From positions 114,638,001 to 114,702,000 of the forward strand of contig NC_043000.1 of assembly GCF_006345805.1 (NCBI RefSeq): a DNA stretch of 64,000 bases, read 5' to 3'. Origin of the DNA: Octopus sinensis (lineage: Eukaryota). Each line of letters starts with the position of its first letter. Within the stretch, counting starts at the first letter, position 1. Under the pieces are notes generated by a model that had not been told where the DNA came from, did no database searches, and worked only from the letters and a program-made list of their open reading frames with translations. Positions 1 to 12,485 of the stretch are shown here, piece after piece. The translations under genes and the position numbers were made by a program.

Positions 1-312
1 TAGAGCGGTCACCTTAAGCTAGTGTTAGTATAAAATAGAACATCAAAAATCCCTAGAGCATCAAAAATCACTGTCTCCTGTTACCATGTTTGCTTATCGA
101 TAACCAAATAACAAGCCTAGATGTCATCTAATGTTAATGATCTGTTGCTCTAATTGGGGTTGTTTTCACTGGAAAAGATAAGGTAAATAACAAGCTTCGA
201 TGGATAATTGATTTCATAAGAAAATAAATACGTCCATGAATCGATAAAACACGAGGTAGGTTGGGTTTTGTTGGAGAAAAAATAATTAAATTAAAGCAAT
301 ACTTACTATACA

Positions 313-530
313 AAGGCGGCAAGCTGGCGAAACCGTTAGCATGCCAAGCAAAATGCTACCCGGGATTTTGTTTGTCTTTACGTTCTGAGTTCAAATTCCG
401 CCGCGGTCACCTTTACTTTTTATCCTTTCGGGGTGGATAAATTAAGTACCAGTTGCGTACTGCGATCGATCTAATTGACTGGCCCCTTCCTCCAAAATTT
501 CGGGCCCAGTACCTTGAGCAGAAAAGATTA
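313..530 (+). mobile_element. tRNA-derived SINE family A (MetaSINE-like core), tail variant 1
   Basis: GGCGGCAAGCTGGC head, B box GAGTTCAAATTCC and core CCTTT..ATCCTTTCGGGGT.GATAAATTAAGTACCAG, shared with more than 10 other copies in the window. Confidence 0.75.
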
Positions 531-811
531 ATAGACGTCGTTAATCCTCTTTTTCAGTCTAACCTCTTTATTTACGCCACAAGAGAACGTTGTGTGGTTG
601 AACGACGTAGTATACAAATACCGAAGGATTGCCGAGAATAATGTTGATTTCTTACATATCCTTCTAAACAACAAATAATTTAATCATTCTAATGACGTTT
701 TTATAACAGAGTACCGGACCAACGATCCGGCAAGCAGGAGAAGTGGGGACAGGAAATGTCCTGGAGCTTCGGATCTTCTGGTTTTTTAGAGGCATTGAAA
801 AAATATATATT

Positions 812-1088
812 CTTTTTATTTATCTCAGTCATTCGACTGCGGCCATGTTGGAGCACCGTCTTAAAGGGCTTTTTCTTTAGTCGAAGAAATCGACCCCAGG
901 ACTTATTATTTGTAAGCCTAGTACTTATTCTATTAGTCTCGTTTGCCAAAACGCTAAGTTATAAGAACGTAAACACACCAACATCGGTTGTCAAGCGATG
1001 GTGGAGGGACAAACACAGACACACACATAAATATATGCATACACACACACACATATATGTCACATGCTTCTTTCAATTTCCGTCTACA
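812..1088 (-). mobile_element. SINE family B, 5'-truncated
   Basis: Matches the full copies at 8396-8818, 31893-32323, 49294-49727 and 63358-63740. Confidence 0.75.
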
Positions 1089-1414
1089 AGGACATAATTT
1101 GTTTTTAATGGTTTTATGACAAGCACAATGTAACGTAGTTGGCAAAATCTTTTAATTGTAAATCAACAACAGCCTTCCAAGATACATTTTTGAATATACA
1201 TTTAAAGTATATAATACAAGCTGTACTATATAAAGACTCCGCAGTGTGTACCAATTCAGCAGATTTTTAACGGGAAATAGTATGACTAAATGTTCATTGT
1301 CCACTTAGCACTTAAGCATGAGAAACCCCGCTGAATTATTTGAAATATATTTGACTGCCATTCCAATCTACCTTGGAGGCTGCAATTCAAGTTTAACCCT
1401 GAAAATGGGACTCC

Positions 1415-1494
<80 letters not shown>

Positions 1495-1499
1495 TATAT

Positions 1500-1738
1500 A
1501 TATTTCTTGATTCGCTATGGTCTTACCACTAAGAAAGGAATGTTCTCAAGAAAAATGTGACCGCGTGTGTACCGTTGGCGATTTTTTCCTCCGTCTTCCC
1601 TTCTTTGGACCTTTCCTTTTCCTATGTTTCTGACGAAGAGCTCCGCTCGAAACGTTAAAACCTTCTTCTTTCCTGAGCGTCCAATAATGCTATACTTGTT
1701 CCACGTCCTCGCGTTGTGTTTTCATGTTTGGATTAACT

Positions 1739-1740
<2 letters not shown>
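1500..1740 (+). mobile_element. Penelope-like terminal fragment with a minimal hammerhead-like motif at 1626-1661
   Basis: GTTT-CTGACGA-A-GAGC-TCC-GCTC-GAAA-CGT-T-AAAAC; related to 7660-7850. The 1500-1555 part matches the repeat at 2015-2100. Confidence 0.5.
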
Positions 1741-1785
<45 letters not shown>

Positions 1786-1787
<2 letters not shown>

Positions 1788-1950
1788 GGAGAATTTACAA
1801 AAAAAAAACAAAAGACGAAGACAGGTGGTGTAGACAACAAACACAGATGTATTAGTTAACGCTCGGGAAGTGAAAAAGTAGTTAACGTTTCGAGCCTACG
1901 CTCTTCCATAGAAAGGAACACGGAAAGAAACAAGGAGAGAAAATAAGGAA
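1786..1950 (-). mobile_element. Penelope-like terminal fragment with a degenerate hammerhead-like motif
   Basis: Reverse complement reads CTTT-CTATGGA-A-GAGC-GTAG-GCTC-GAAA-CGTT; same family as 3400-3520 and 13334-13465. Confidence 0.5.
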
Positions 1951-3399
1951 TGTGTAGTGGCTAGCGATCTGTGTGTGTGTGGTGTGTGTACATACATACA
2001 TACATATATATAAGAAGGATGACCTGTAAGTGGACATCCATTATGCTAGAAGATTCGCTTTGGTCTTACCACTAAGAAAGGAATGTTCTCAAGAAAATTC
2101 AACAAACGCCAGAAAGTAAGCGAGCAAGACAAATGAAAAGATACAAAATATAGATTAATTACAAACCAGATTGATTTCGTTGTTATCGCTTACGAAATCA
2201 TTTACGTAATTGTCCGCAACTCATCAGTGTGATCGTCTTTGCAAATATAATTTGCAGAACTGTACACGAGACGTCTGCATGAAATTGAACATGTATACAG
2301 TTCTGCCAATTACAATTGGGGTCACCTTTCAAAAGTCTTCGTTTTGGCGCGCCAAACTACCGGAAATAATTCTGCAGAAAATATATAACGGGATGCCGCT
2401 TGGCTAACCGATTCGCGAGGCATATCCCAGGCATCAGACACTGCAATGACGCCCCGGTCTGGCGCCACTTCCGCTTTACAACATCTGTCTGTGTTTGGAC
2501 TGTCTCTGCACAAGGGCCACCCGGTCTCCCACGCCCGCTTTCGCCCTGAACATGATTAATCTTTCTTCGTTCCTTTGCGCCATATGGGCTCAACTTCCCT
2601 CCTCTCTTCATCTAACACCAACCCCACGCGGATTCCCACACACCTTCCACATTCAAATGCCTCCTCCACCTACACACCTTCATACCGCCCACCTCGGTAC
2701 CTTCACCACACACGCACCACAATACACACACCCATACACACTGTTCAACACATCACTCACTTCACACACCATTACACACATACCTGCAACACCACTCCAC
2801 ACACACTAGTACCGAACACTTCTCAACACCCAAACCACACCATTATCCACACACAATCTTGAATAGTGTCACCACACATACCACTATATGAGCAGCCACA
2901 CACCACACACCATCATGCACACTCCAACACCCACACAACTACATAATACCTGAACACAGACAATATATACACACACATGTAACACGCATAAACACACGCA
3001 ACATACATAGACAAAGATAACTTTCACTCACAACATACACTATAGAAAAACACACTATTTGGTCACAGACACACACACACACACACATATACACCAACTG
3101 CTAAGCACAGCATACACGCACAGCACACACAAACATGCACACACGTTACATATGCACATGCACATACACGTCAAGTTCACTCGCCCCCATTCACACATCC
3201 ACACACACTCATACACACCATTCTCACACACACACACACATACATGCTCGCGCACCTTAGTTCGTGTGAATTACCATTATTATCTCCCTTTCATTCAAAC
3301 TCTTATTTTCCAGTTATACACCATGTTGAACCGCTGAACTCTACACATTTTTCTCTCTCCATTTTTTTTTCATTCTCTCTCCATTTTCTCCTCTTATGC

Positions 3400-3435
3400 C
3401 TTTCTGTCGAAGAGCGCATGCTCGAAACGTAAAAG
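3400..3435 (+). ncRNA. Minimal type I hammerhead-like motif (Penelope-associated), A6U core variant
   Basis: Stem I CTTT/AAAG, core CTGTCGA plus an extra A, stem II GAGC/GCTC, GAAA, palindromic stem III ACGT, cleavage triplet GTA. Activity unknown. Confidence 0.5.
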
Positions 3436-3899
3436 TATATTTCCATTTTCCCAAGCGTCAAACTAATACACCTGCTTGTTGTTCCTACACCTGTCTTCGT
3501 TTTTTGTTTATCTGTAAATTTTAACAATGTATATATATATAATGCAGTTATACAAATAAAACAAGTAGAAAATGTTATCAACACAAAAACCATGATACAT
3601 TAATATGTTAAAACTTCAAATGGTCTCTTGAGAAAGATGAGTAATAAAACTAATTTTTAAAACTATTAAACCGATACCTAAGACTATAGAAACGCAAATA
3701 AAAGGCCCAGTAATTGGTAAGTTTTATAGAGCTAATGTGAGAAGAACAAGAAGAAAAGTCATGCGAACAAGAACGAGGACATCTAAGTAAAAATTGAGAG
3801 AGAGAGAGAGATAAAGAGAGACCGGGGAAGAGATAAAGAGAGGAAAAGAAAAAGAAAAGCAAGGAGAAAGAAAATATAGGGAAACTGTTAGATGTCTTG

Positions 3900-6800
3900 C
3901 AAACAACTTGCACATGCAAGTGCTACCAGTTAAAAGCTCCGTATACCGGAAGCTAGCAAGTGTATGGGGTCATCAGGAGAGAATGCGCGCCGTTTCGGGG
4001 CCTACCTCTCGACGGCATCAATGCGCACCGGCCCCCCTCATTGATATGAGGCCCCGCTTGCTAGATCAGCTGGTTATGAAGAACGCAATATACTTCTAGC
4101 CATCGCTCATCGTCTCTTTTTAACCAAATCCAGTGGCTAGCCTTCTCCACTGTAGATTGGATATCAGTCATGGTGGTATTGACTTTACGATGAGTTAGGC
4201 CTAGCGATAACAACAGTCGTCTCACGCTGTATCCAACAAACCCTCTACATCCGACTTCGATAGGAAAATGTTCCGCTTTCCAGCCTGCGTCTTCACATTC
4301 CTCGAGGAGGTTTTCATAACGGTTCAATTTTCGAGCCCGAGCGGCGTCCATATTATCTTCATGAGGAACCGTTAGCTCGACTATATTTACAACTTTCTTT
4401 CTTTCACACCACATCAAAATATCTGTTTTTTTAGAAACTGGGATGGGATAGAAAACCTGGCACCCAGGTAAATCTGCAGTTACCTCCCAATAGCCGTTCC
4501 ACTTCTCATTTTTCTCAGGAAGTTTCTTGATCTTCTTCTTGAAACGGATCCGCTGACCTAATCGCACGAAAGTAATGAAATCTCTTGATGGTACTTTCAA
4601 CGATTTTTCAGTGTTGTTGAGATGAATTTGGTTCTTTATAGCATTGAAGATAACCCTAAGGACCAAGTTGTGCCTCCATGTGTACCTGTTCAATGCTAAT
4701 GGATAGTTGGAAAGAATATGTTTTAGTGTACCGACCTTTCCACATTTGCAGATGTCATTCTCTAAGACGTTGCATCTTACTAGATTCGTAGGTGATGGCA
4801 AAACATCATAAGATGAACAAATCAGGAAACTCAGCCGAGATGTCGTCCACTTCCACATCTCATCCCAACTTATCTTCCTCTCAACAACATGTTCTTCCCA
4901 TCTCGTCATCTGACCTTGATGAACACATCGGATCAAATGAAGCTCTCTTCTCTCTGCTTCTCTTGTTTTGACGCTGTTGCTAACAACAGATCTGCGTTCA
5001 CTCGGCGTCATACTTGCAAACGGTCTGAACTGATCTGCGCCAAAACCAAGTCCTTTCCGATGGTTCTGCGTTGCTCCCACCATATCTCTGTGTATAAGAG
5101 AAGACAAGATGTCGTCAGTTTCTGCCTCTGCTTTCCACTTCCTGGCTGTTTTCACCTCTGGTGGGTTACGCCTGATTTCCATATCCTTCGATTCTCTCAG
5201 CATCATGACCGTCCGTATCTTCCCCAGCTTATATATTTCGACTATTGATGCTATTGGTAGCTGCAACGAACCTCTTTTGCGATAAAGAGCTGAGCTGTTC
5301 AACATACGAGGTAAGCCTAGCCACTTTCTAATGAACACATTACATTTTTGTTCAATCCTTTCAACTCGTGACAATGCTACTTCGTATATTAAAAGTGGCC
5401 ACGCAAGTCGCGGGTACAAGCCGAACTGCAAGCACCAAATTTTATATTTACCTGGTAACTTCGAATTATCAATCGCTGATAACCCAGCCTCGGCCTGTTT
5501 CATAATTTCAATCCCACGACTTCTGTCTGACAATGTTCCAGCGTATACTCGACCCAAGCTCTTGACGGGCTCTTCCTTGACTGTTGGAATGCTTTCTTCA
5601 GATATTCGAAACTTAAATTCTTTCTGCACTCCCTTAACAAATGTCAGACTACGCGACTTTTTTGCTCTAAATCGCATCCTTGACCACCTTACAAGTTCGT
5701 CTAATCTCAAGAGGGCATTCTGCATGATTTGTTTATCTGTAGCTAGAAGTGTCACGTCATCCATGAAGGCTTTCTTAGGCGATTGTACATGGGCGACTTG
5801 TTCCGAAAAATCTACACCTTTCAAAATCAACTCCATGACTAAGATAAACCACGTGACAGATATTGTACAGCCAGCAGCAATGCCAACCTCCAATCGGTGC
5901 CAATTTGTTGTAAAATTTCCAGTTGTAAACCTCATTTCGAAACTGTCATAGTACATCCTCATTATTTTGATCACTTGTCAGAAATGTGGAAGTGGTCCAT
6001 GGCTGTTATTAGTAATTGTGTGGCACTGAATCATACGCGTTAGCTAGGTCGAGCCATACTACGTTCAGACTTTTCTGTTCTGTTTGGCATCCTGGATCGC
6101 TTTCCAAATCGAAAAACAGTGTTCAACGCATCCAGGGATCCCGGGGATTTCCGGCCTTTTGGAACAGATTCATCAGCATATCCGTTACTCTGTAAATATG
6201 ATGCCACTGTCTCCTCGACTGAATTTCCATAAAGATCTTGCTTCCACATTCAATAAGGATATCGGCCTACTGTTATGGTCTTTGGCATTGGCCTCTTTCG
6301 GCAGTATATACCTTCTGCCTGACACCAATCCTCTACTATAGTCTCCTCGCGCCACAGTTGTCGGAGTAGGACGAGAGCTTTCTTCGCAGACGATGCAGTA
6401 CTTGTAGACTTTATATGAGACGCCGCCATCCCTCCTGGGCACTCTTTGCTCTAGCTTTTCTTACGAAGTCATTCACCTCTCTCTCCCTGATGTTCCCCTA
6501 TCTGGAATTCGATATCAGGTCCTGAGAGATGATTTAGCCCTGTAGAGGTGGCAGCGGCTGGTTACGGTGCGGATCGCTGTAGGTTTCCTTGATATGAGCA
6601 TCCAATTCTTTTTTTAGGGCACGATAAGTACCAATCTTCGGTTCAGTGGACAGCTTCTTAGTAACCCGTACGGGTCCTTCAGAAACTACCCCCGAGTCCT
6701 TTTACTTTCTTTCGACGCTTATATCGGCGGATATGTCGTTGCACATAACGACATTTCCTCTTCAAATCGTTATACAGCAGCGCAAGGCCAGGTTTCTCAT

Positions 6801-7400
6801 CTAGTGCAGCACATCTCCATCGCTTTCTTAAGTCGGACTTTTCCTTCCTCAACTGCTGCATTTTTCTGATCCTCCTGCTTGGTCCACACTTTCCTTTCTC
6901 TAGTCGGATATTCTCTTTATTCCAAATAAATCTTTTCCTATATCGTATATTGAGCTTGATAATTTACCCAGTTTTCTCCACTGTAGAGCCTGTCCATTTT
7001 ATAAGAGACCGAGACAAACCCTTGTTTTCAAACTCTTTATATTTCACTTTCTCATTAGCAGCAGGCCACAAAACCCTCGGTTTCCTCTGAGTATTGTCCG
7101 TGCACCAGTTTCATGACTTGTAGTTTCTCACGTGAAGAGTCTCTGCTGTAGCATTTATCGATCCGCTGTGGTTTGAGTCCGGGATGATTTGCCACGTGTT
7201 TTACGATCTGACGATCCACACTGCTCTGTCCTCTTCTCACAAGTCTTTCCCTGATGTATCTTCAAGCCTCTCACAGTTGCAAAGGTTCTATAGCACAGCT
7301 TGCATCCAAAGTTGTTTGCATTTCGTTCGCTGTTCGAATGAATAATCATATTCGTTTCCAAGGTCATTCCCGTGCTGACTGGGTTTGATTGATTCTCGAC
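3900..7400 (-). mobile_element. HERO-like non-LTR retrotransposon (RT + CCHC + REL endonuclease), near full length, frameshifted in its 5' half
   Basis: ORF 4061-5974 has RT motifs AAGCTISV..F and AFMDD, a zinc-knuckle region (CKCGKVGTLKHILS...RYTWRHNLVL) and an REL domain (KTDIL...ELTVPHE...RKLNRY...PIEVGCRGF). Upstream frameshifted pieces encode DGGVSYKVYKYC, RPISLLNVE and WLDLANAYDSVPH (5990-6450), QLRKEK..LRKRWR (6679-6861) and an N-terminal zinc finger CKLCYRTFATVRGLKIHQGKTC (7155-7367). Ends are approximate. Confidence 0.85.
4061..5974 (-). pseudogene. Open C-terminal 637 aa of the HERO-like ORF (RT C-terminal domains, thumb, zinc knuckle, REL endonuclease)
   Basis: Uninterrupted ORF with the motifs listed above; the N-terminal part of RT lies in other frames upstream, so this is not a complete protein. 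Confidence 0.85.
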
Positions 7401-7659
7401 AAGTTTGGAGAAAATAATCTAAGTTTAAAGAAACTATGGTAGAGAAGACAGATCAAAAAAGAAAAAAGTCCTCCAAAGAAAAAGAAAAGAAAAGAAATAA
7501 AACGAATACAGGAAAGCAACTGAGTATCCCCTTGCCTTTTTATACAAATGGAACAATGACCTTTTGAGGGACTTAGTACAGTATAAACATTCAAGCGTAT
7601 GGACGAGACAGGAACCACGGAAATTAAAATTCAACAAGAATATTTATATATATTATATT

Positions 7660-7850
7660 CGTAAACATCCGCCTTCACCATGTGCACTCGAAACACCAGT
7701 CGTCTTTTTTTCTCTTTCCCTGTTGCCGCATCTGGATCTTTCTTTCCTCTCTCTTCCTTCTTTATGTTTCCGACGACGAGCTCCGTCGAAATCATACCTC
7801 CCTGCTTCCTTTCCTGAGCGCCTATTAATAATAATACTGTAATTGCCATT
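7660..7850 (+). mobile_element. Degenerate Penelope-like terminal fragment
   Basis: Similar to 1590-1700 (tatgtttccgacgacgagctccgtcgaaa...tttcctgagcg). Confidence 0.4.
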
Positions 7851-7935
7851 GTGTTGTTTTTTTGTTTGTTCCCGTTTGATTAAAATTAGATATATATATA
7901 TATATATATATACATACATATACACCACACACACC

Positions 7936-7983
<48 letters not shown>

Positions 7984-7989
7984 TATAAA

Positions 7990-8161
7990 TAGAAAAAGAC
8001 TACCTTTTATCAATTCAAAATGAACAATTAAATTACACCATCTAGAAAATTACAAATAATAGAGATATTAAAATTAAAATAACAATAATATACACGTATA
8101 TATTTCTAGATGGTGTAATTTAATTGTTCATTTTGAATTGACAAAAGGTGTTTTTTTTCTA
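7990..8161. repeat. Inverted repeat with 38-bp perfect arms (8011-8048 / 8103-8140)
   Basis: CAATTCAAAATGAACAATTAAATTACACCATCTAGAAA and its exact reverse complement, with a 54-nt spacer. Confidence 0.9.
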
Positions 8162-8320
8162 ATTTTTATATATATATATTATATTTTGTGAAATTTGATT
8201 TAGTATTTCTATATTGAATTTTTCCCTGTAAGTTAGGAATAATATTCCCTGAAATAATTATTATTACTATATATATAAATAAAACAAAAAGGGCAAGAAC
8301 GCAATTATATTATATATATA

Positions 8321-8364
<44 letters not shown>

Positions 8365-8395
8365 ATATATATATATATAATATCTATATAATATA

Positions 8396-8579
8396 CTGCG
8401 GCCATGCTGGAGTCTCTGCTTTAGTCGAGCAAATCGATCCCATGACTTATTCTTTGTAAGCCTAGTACTTATTCTATCGATCACTATTAACCGCTAAGAT
8501 ACGGGGACGTAAACACACCACGATCGGTTGTCAAGTGATGTTGGGGGGGGGGGACAAACATAGACACACAAACATATAC

Positions 8580-8642
<63 letters not shown>

Positions 8643-8818
8643 CATATACATATATACGACAGGCTTCTTTCAGTTTCCGTCTACCAAATCCACTCACAAG
8701 GCTTTGCTCGGCCTGCGGCTATAGTAGAAGACACTTGCCCAAGGTGCCATGCAGTGGGAATGACCCGGAACCATGTGGTTCGTAAGCAAGCTACTTACCA
8801 CACAGCCTTTCCTGCGCC
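8396..8818 (-). mobile_element. SINE family B, near full length, with an internal CA/TA microsatellite
   Basis: Minus strand starts GGCGCAGG..GGCTGTGTGGTAAGTAGC (A box) followed by a degenerate B-box region; collinear with the other B copies. Confidence 0.85.
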
Positions 8819-9663
8819 TATGATCAATTTAAAAATAAATTGACCCCCATCTTGAACGAACAATTGGAGCACCAATTCACTGTACAGAAGCAGGACATGG
8901 CCTCCTGATTCATTGAGGGAAATATTTACAATTCCTACAAAAGAGTTAATAAATGTCGCCTTAGTGGTCCATGATTTTGAAACAATATGATATTGTATGA
9001 GGATGTCTAGCTCTCAGCAAATATACGTGGACACACAACAGCATTCCTCTGTTGCTCTTTATATGCCGAGCCACCTAGTTTGAAAGAGATATTTGTGTGG
9101 AATTCATTTAAAATTCCACCTGTCTTAGAAAATAACAATGTAGAGATCCTGTGAAACGTCAGCTTACAGACATACGTTCATCTCATAAACCTGGCATTCA
9201 CCATGCAAAAATGACAATTGCGTATTGATAATTAACATAGTAATGACCGAACGACTATGATAAACAGAAACGTGCTGAAAAAAAAGCTACAAAGGAATTA
9301 AGCAGATTTAGTTATTAAGGAAAAGACAATACGAAAGTTAAGAAATGTGACTATTTCCTGATTTGGTGCAACTGGAATGTTGCACAACCATTTCTGGGGG
9401 AACAGCTATAAGGATTGGTATAAGTACGTTCCAGAAAATATTAATATTAAATTTGTGAATGCTGTTCGGATATTTATTTCAAAGCATCGGTTAAACGCCA
9501 ATATTTGTATTCTCATTTCTAGATGTTCCTATAAATGTGTGCGTATATATGTATGTATGTATACACACATATATATGTGTATATATATGTGTGTGTGTAT
9601 ATATATATATATATGTGGTGTGTGTGTGTATCCAGTCAGAGTGAGACAAAAAAATAGATAGGT

Positions 9664-9849
9664 AGATTCATTTTTCTTTATTGCCCACAGAAGGCCAAAC
9701 ATAGAGGGGACAAACAAGGACAGACAAATGGTTTAAGTCGATTACATCGACCCCAGTGCGTAACTGGTACTTATTTAATCGACCCCGAAAGGATGAAAGG
9801 CAAAGTCGACCTCGGCGGAATTTGAACTCAGAACGTAACAGCAGACGAA

Positions 9850-9852
<3 letters not shown>
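9664..9852 (-). mobile_element. SINE family A, tail variant 2, followed by a (GATA)n tract
   Basis: Reverse complement of the unit at 38856-39040. Confidence 0.85.
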
Positions 9853-9918
<66 letters not shown>

Positions 9919-9959
9919 CCATCAAAATTTGGCACCTGCTATTTCTTGCTGACATGAGA

Positions 9960-10930
9960 TGAACGGATTATCAGGGTCTGAGTAATTTCCTATTCTGCGT
10001 TACTATTCATTTTGAGGAATCGAGGCCCCTATTTCGCTTGCACGTGCCAGTTTTAACCTGGTTTCTACGAATGGAATCCCTCCTATTACCCACCATCTTA
10101 CAGAGTTTCCAGGTATATTATGAGCATCTTCCCCAGTCTACCTCTTCCTCAGATTTCCCCCACTTCTTGTCACTTCTTTAAACTGCTGACATCTTCCATA
10201 ATCGTCATACACTTGCACCAAAAATCTCTGTTGTACACAGCATCTTTACCGTATACAGTATTTGATTCCTCTTGTATCCAGTTTGTCAATGGCTCATTTA
10301 TGCTCCACCATCGCTCATGCGCACTAGCGTTACACATCCAGCGATATATATGTTTGCTTACATCACTTTTTCTAGCTTTCGCACGTCTCCTTTGCATTCA
10401 AGGACTTGTCACTGCAACACAGCATCGAACTGTTATATGGTATATCCTTCATCAAGGAAGGGCTCAATACTGATAACCTGTATTTTGTCCCGGTTCCTTA
10501 TGAGTATGCGGTCTATTTGGCTCACGTGAATGCCAAATTGTCATAAATTGGTACACTTGCACCAAAAATCTCTGTTGTACAGCATCTTACCGTATACAGT
10601 ATTTGATTCCTCTTGTATCCATTTTTCAATGGCTCATTGATGCTCCACCATCGCTCATGCGCAAACTAGCGTTACACACATCCACAGTATATATATGTTT
10701 GCTTACATCACTTTTCTAGCTTTTCGCACGTCTCCTTTGCATTCAAGGACTTGTCACTGCACGCACAGCATCGAACTGTTATATGGTAGTCCTTCATCAA
10801 GGAGGGCTCAATACTGATACCTTATTTTTTGTCCGGTTCCTTATGAGTATGCGGTCTATTTGGCTCACGTGAATGCCAAATTGGTACATAATCTGATGGT
10901 TGGTCGCTTCACTGAAGTTAGTGTTGTAAA
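9960..10930 (-). mobile_element. Decayed pogo/Tigger-like (CENP-B HTH) transposase relic containing a 344-bp tandem duplication
   Basis: Minus frames give FGIHVSQIDRILIRNRDKI and RRRAKARKSDVSKHIYRWMCNASA..SINEPL, resembling the two CENP-B-type HTH modules; many stops and frameshifts. Confidence 0.45.
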
Positions 10931-11064
10931 TGGTTCGGTCATTTGCGTCACATGACTCCAGGAACCTTCATAAATTCTCATTCCTCGTAATTATATCGGT
11001 AGCTATGATATACTATAGAATATGTCAGTATAGCTTTTAGTCAACGCTGTATATAAATTGACGT

Positions 11065-11460
11065 AAGGCGGCGAGCTGGCAGAAACGTTAGCGCGCCGGG
11101 CGAAATGCTTAGCGGTATTTCGTCTGCAGCTACGTTCTGAGTTCAAATTCCGCCGAGGTCGACTTTGCCTTTCATCCTTTCGGGTTCGATTAAATAAGTA
11201 CCAGTACGCACTGGGGTCGATATAATCGACTTAATCCGTTCGTCTGTCCTGTTTGTCCTCTCTGTGTTTTCCACTTGTGGGTAGTAAAGAAATAGGTATT
11301 TCGTCTGCCGCTACGTTCTGAGTTCAAATTCCCCGAGGTCGACTTTGTCTTTCACATCCTTTCGGGGTCGATAAAATAAGTACCAGTTATTTCTGGGTCG
11401 ACCTAATCGGCTCGCCCCCTCTCCAAAATTTCGGGCCTTGTGCCTAGAGAAGAAAAGATT
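11065..11460 (+). mobile_element. SINE family A dimer (head + unit + second B-box unit with tail 1)
   Basis: GGTATTTCGTCTGC...GAGTTCAAATTCC occurs twice, about 180 bp apart. Confidence 0.85.
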
Positions 11461-11857
11461 ATATCACATATTATTTCATGTTATATTATAATACATTACT
11501 AAGTACATTACTATATGAACCGAGAATGTATTCTCGTGTGGCCAAATGGCTTGCAAGAAATATTAGTCCAAATCTTACTTAACCCACGTCTCAACATCGT
11601 ACACATTAGCTTATCTGGTCTAAGGTACGCTGTAACCTAAATTATATAAGAAAATTCGGGATAGCCACTGCCAGAATGTCTTTGATCGAGGATTTGTCGG
11701 ATCAGGTCTGAGATAGAAACCACATAAGTCCTAATTTGCTGGCTCTTATTTTTATTTTGGTTGTTTTTGTAGTTGCTGCTGCTGTTGTTGTTGTTTTGCA
11801 AATAGATATAACGTGAAATGAACAAAAAGACGGATTATTATTAAACACGGCAAAACA

Positions 11858-11957
11858 NNNNNNNNNNNNNNNNNNNNNNNNNNNNNNNNNNNNNNNNNNN
11901 NNNNNNNNNNNNNNNNNNNNNNNNNNNNNNNNNNNNNNNNNNNNNNNNNNNNNNNNN
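11858..11957. other. Assembly gap (100 N)
   Basis: Run of exactly 100 N. Confidence 1.
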
Positions 11958-11987
11958 AATTTTCTGACTCTTTAAAGGATGTTATCC

Positions 11988-12319
11988 TATATATATATAT
12001 ATATATAATATAGATATATATATATATATATATATATATGCATTTTTACTGTTCGTATTTACACGTTGAAAATGATATCATTCTACATGTTCTACAATAC
12101 ATTTCAACGCTCAAAAACGACTCATGGTTTACAATGAGTAAATATAATATATATATATAGATATATATATATATTATATATAGAATATATATAATATATA
12201 TATGTATATATAATATATATAGATGTATATATATGTGTGTGTGTGTGTGTATAATCGACGGAAAAAAATATATATACATATACATATACATACATATACA
12301 TATATATATATATCTATAT

Positions 12320-12351
<32 letters not shown>

Positions 12352-12448
12352 ATTATATATACATATATTATATATATAATATATATATATATATATACAC
12401 ATATAATATATATATATATATATACATATATAATATAATATAAATATA

Positions 12449-12485
<37 letters not shown>

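Noticed and set aside
3985-4035. Hammerhead in the HERO 3' UTR (TTGATG...CGAAAC on the minus strand)
   Set aside because: The core lacks CUGANGA and there is no NUH cleavage triplet; better explained as a plain stem-loop.
4889-5951. Plus-strand ORFs of 119 and 206 aa
   Set aside because: Antisense shadows of the HERO ORF.
8830-9260. Unique-looking segment as a coding exon
   Set aside because: Stops interrupt the frames I translated and I found no recognisable motif.
11858-11957. Adjacency of sequences across the N run
   Set aside because: A fixed 100-N placeholder of unknown true size, so no structure was inferred across it.
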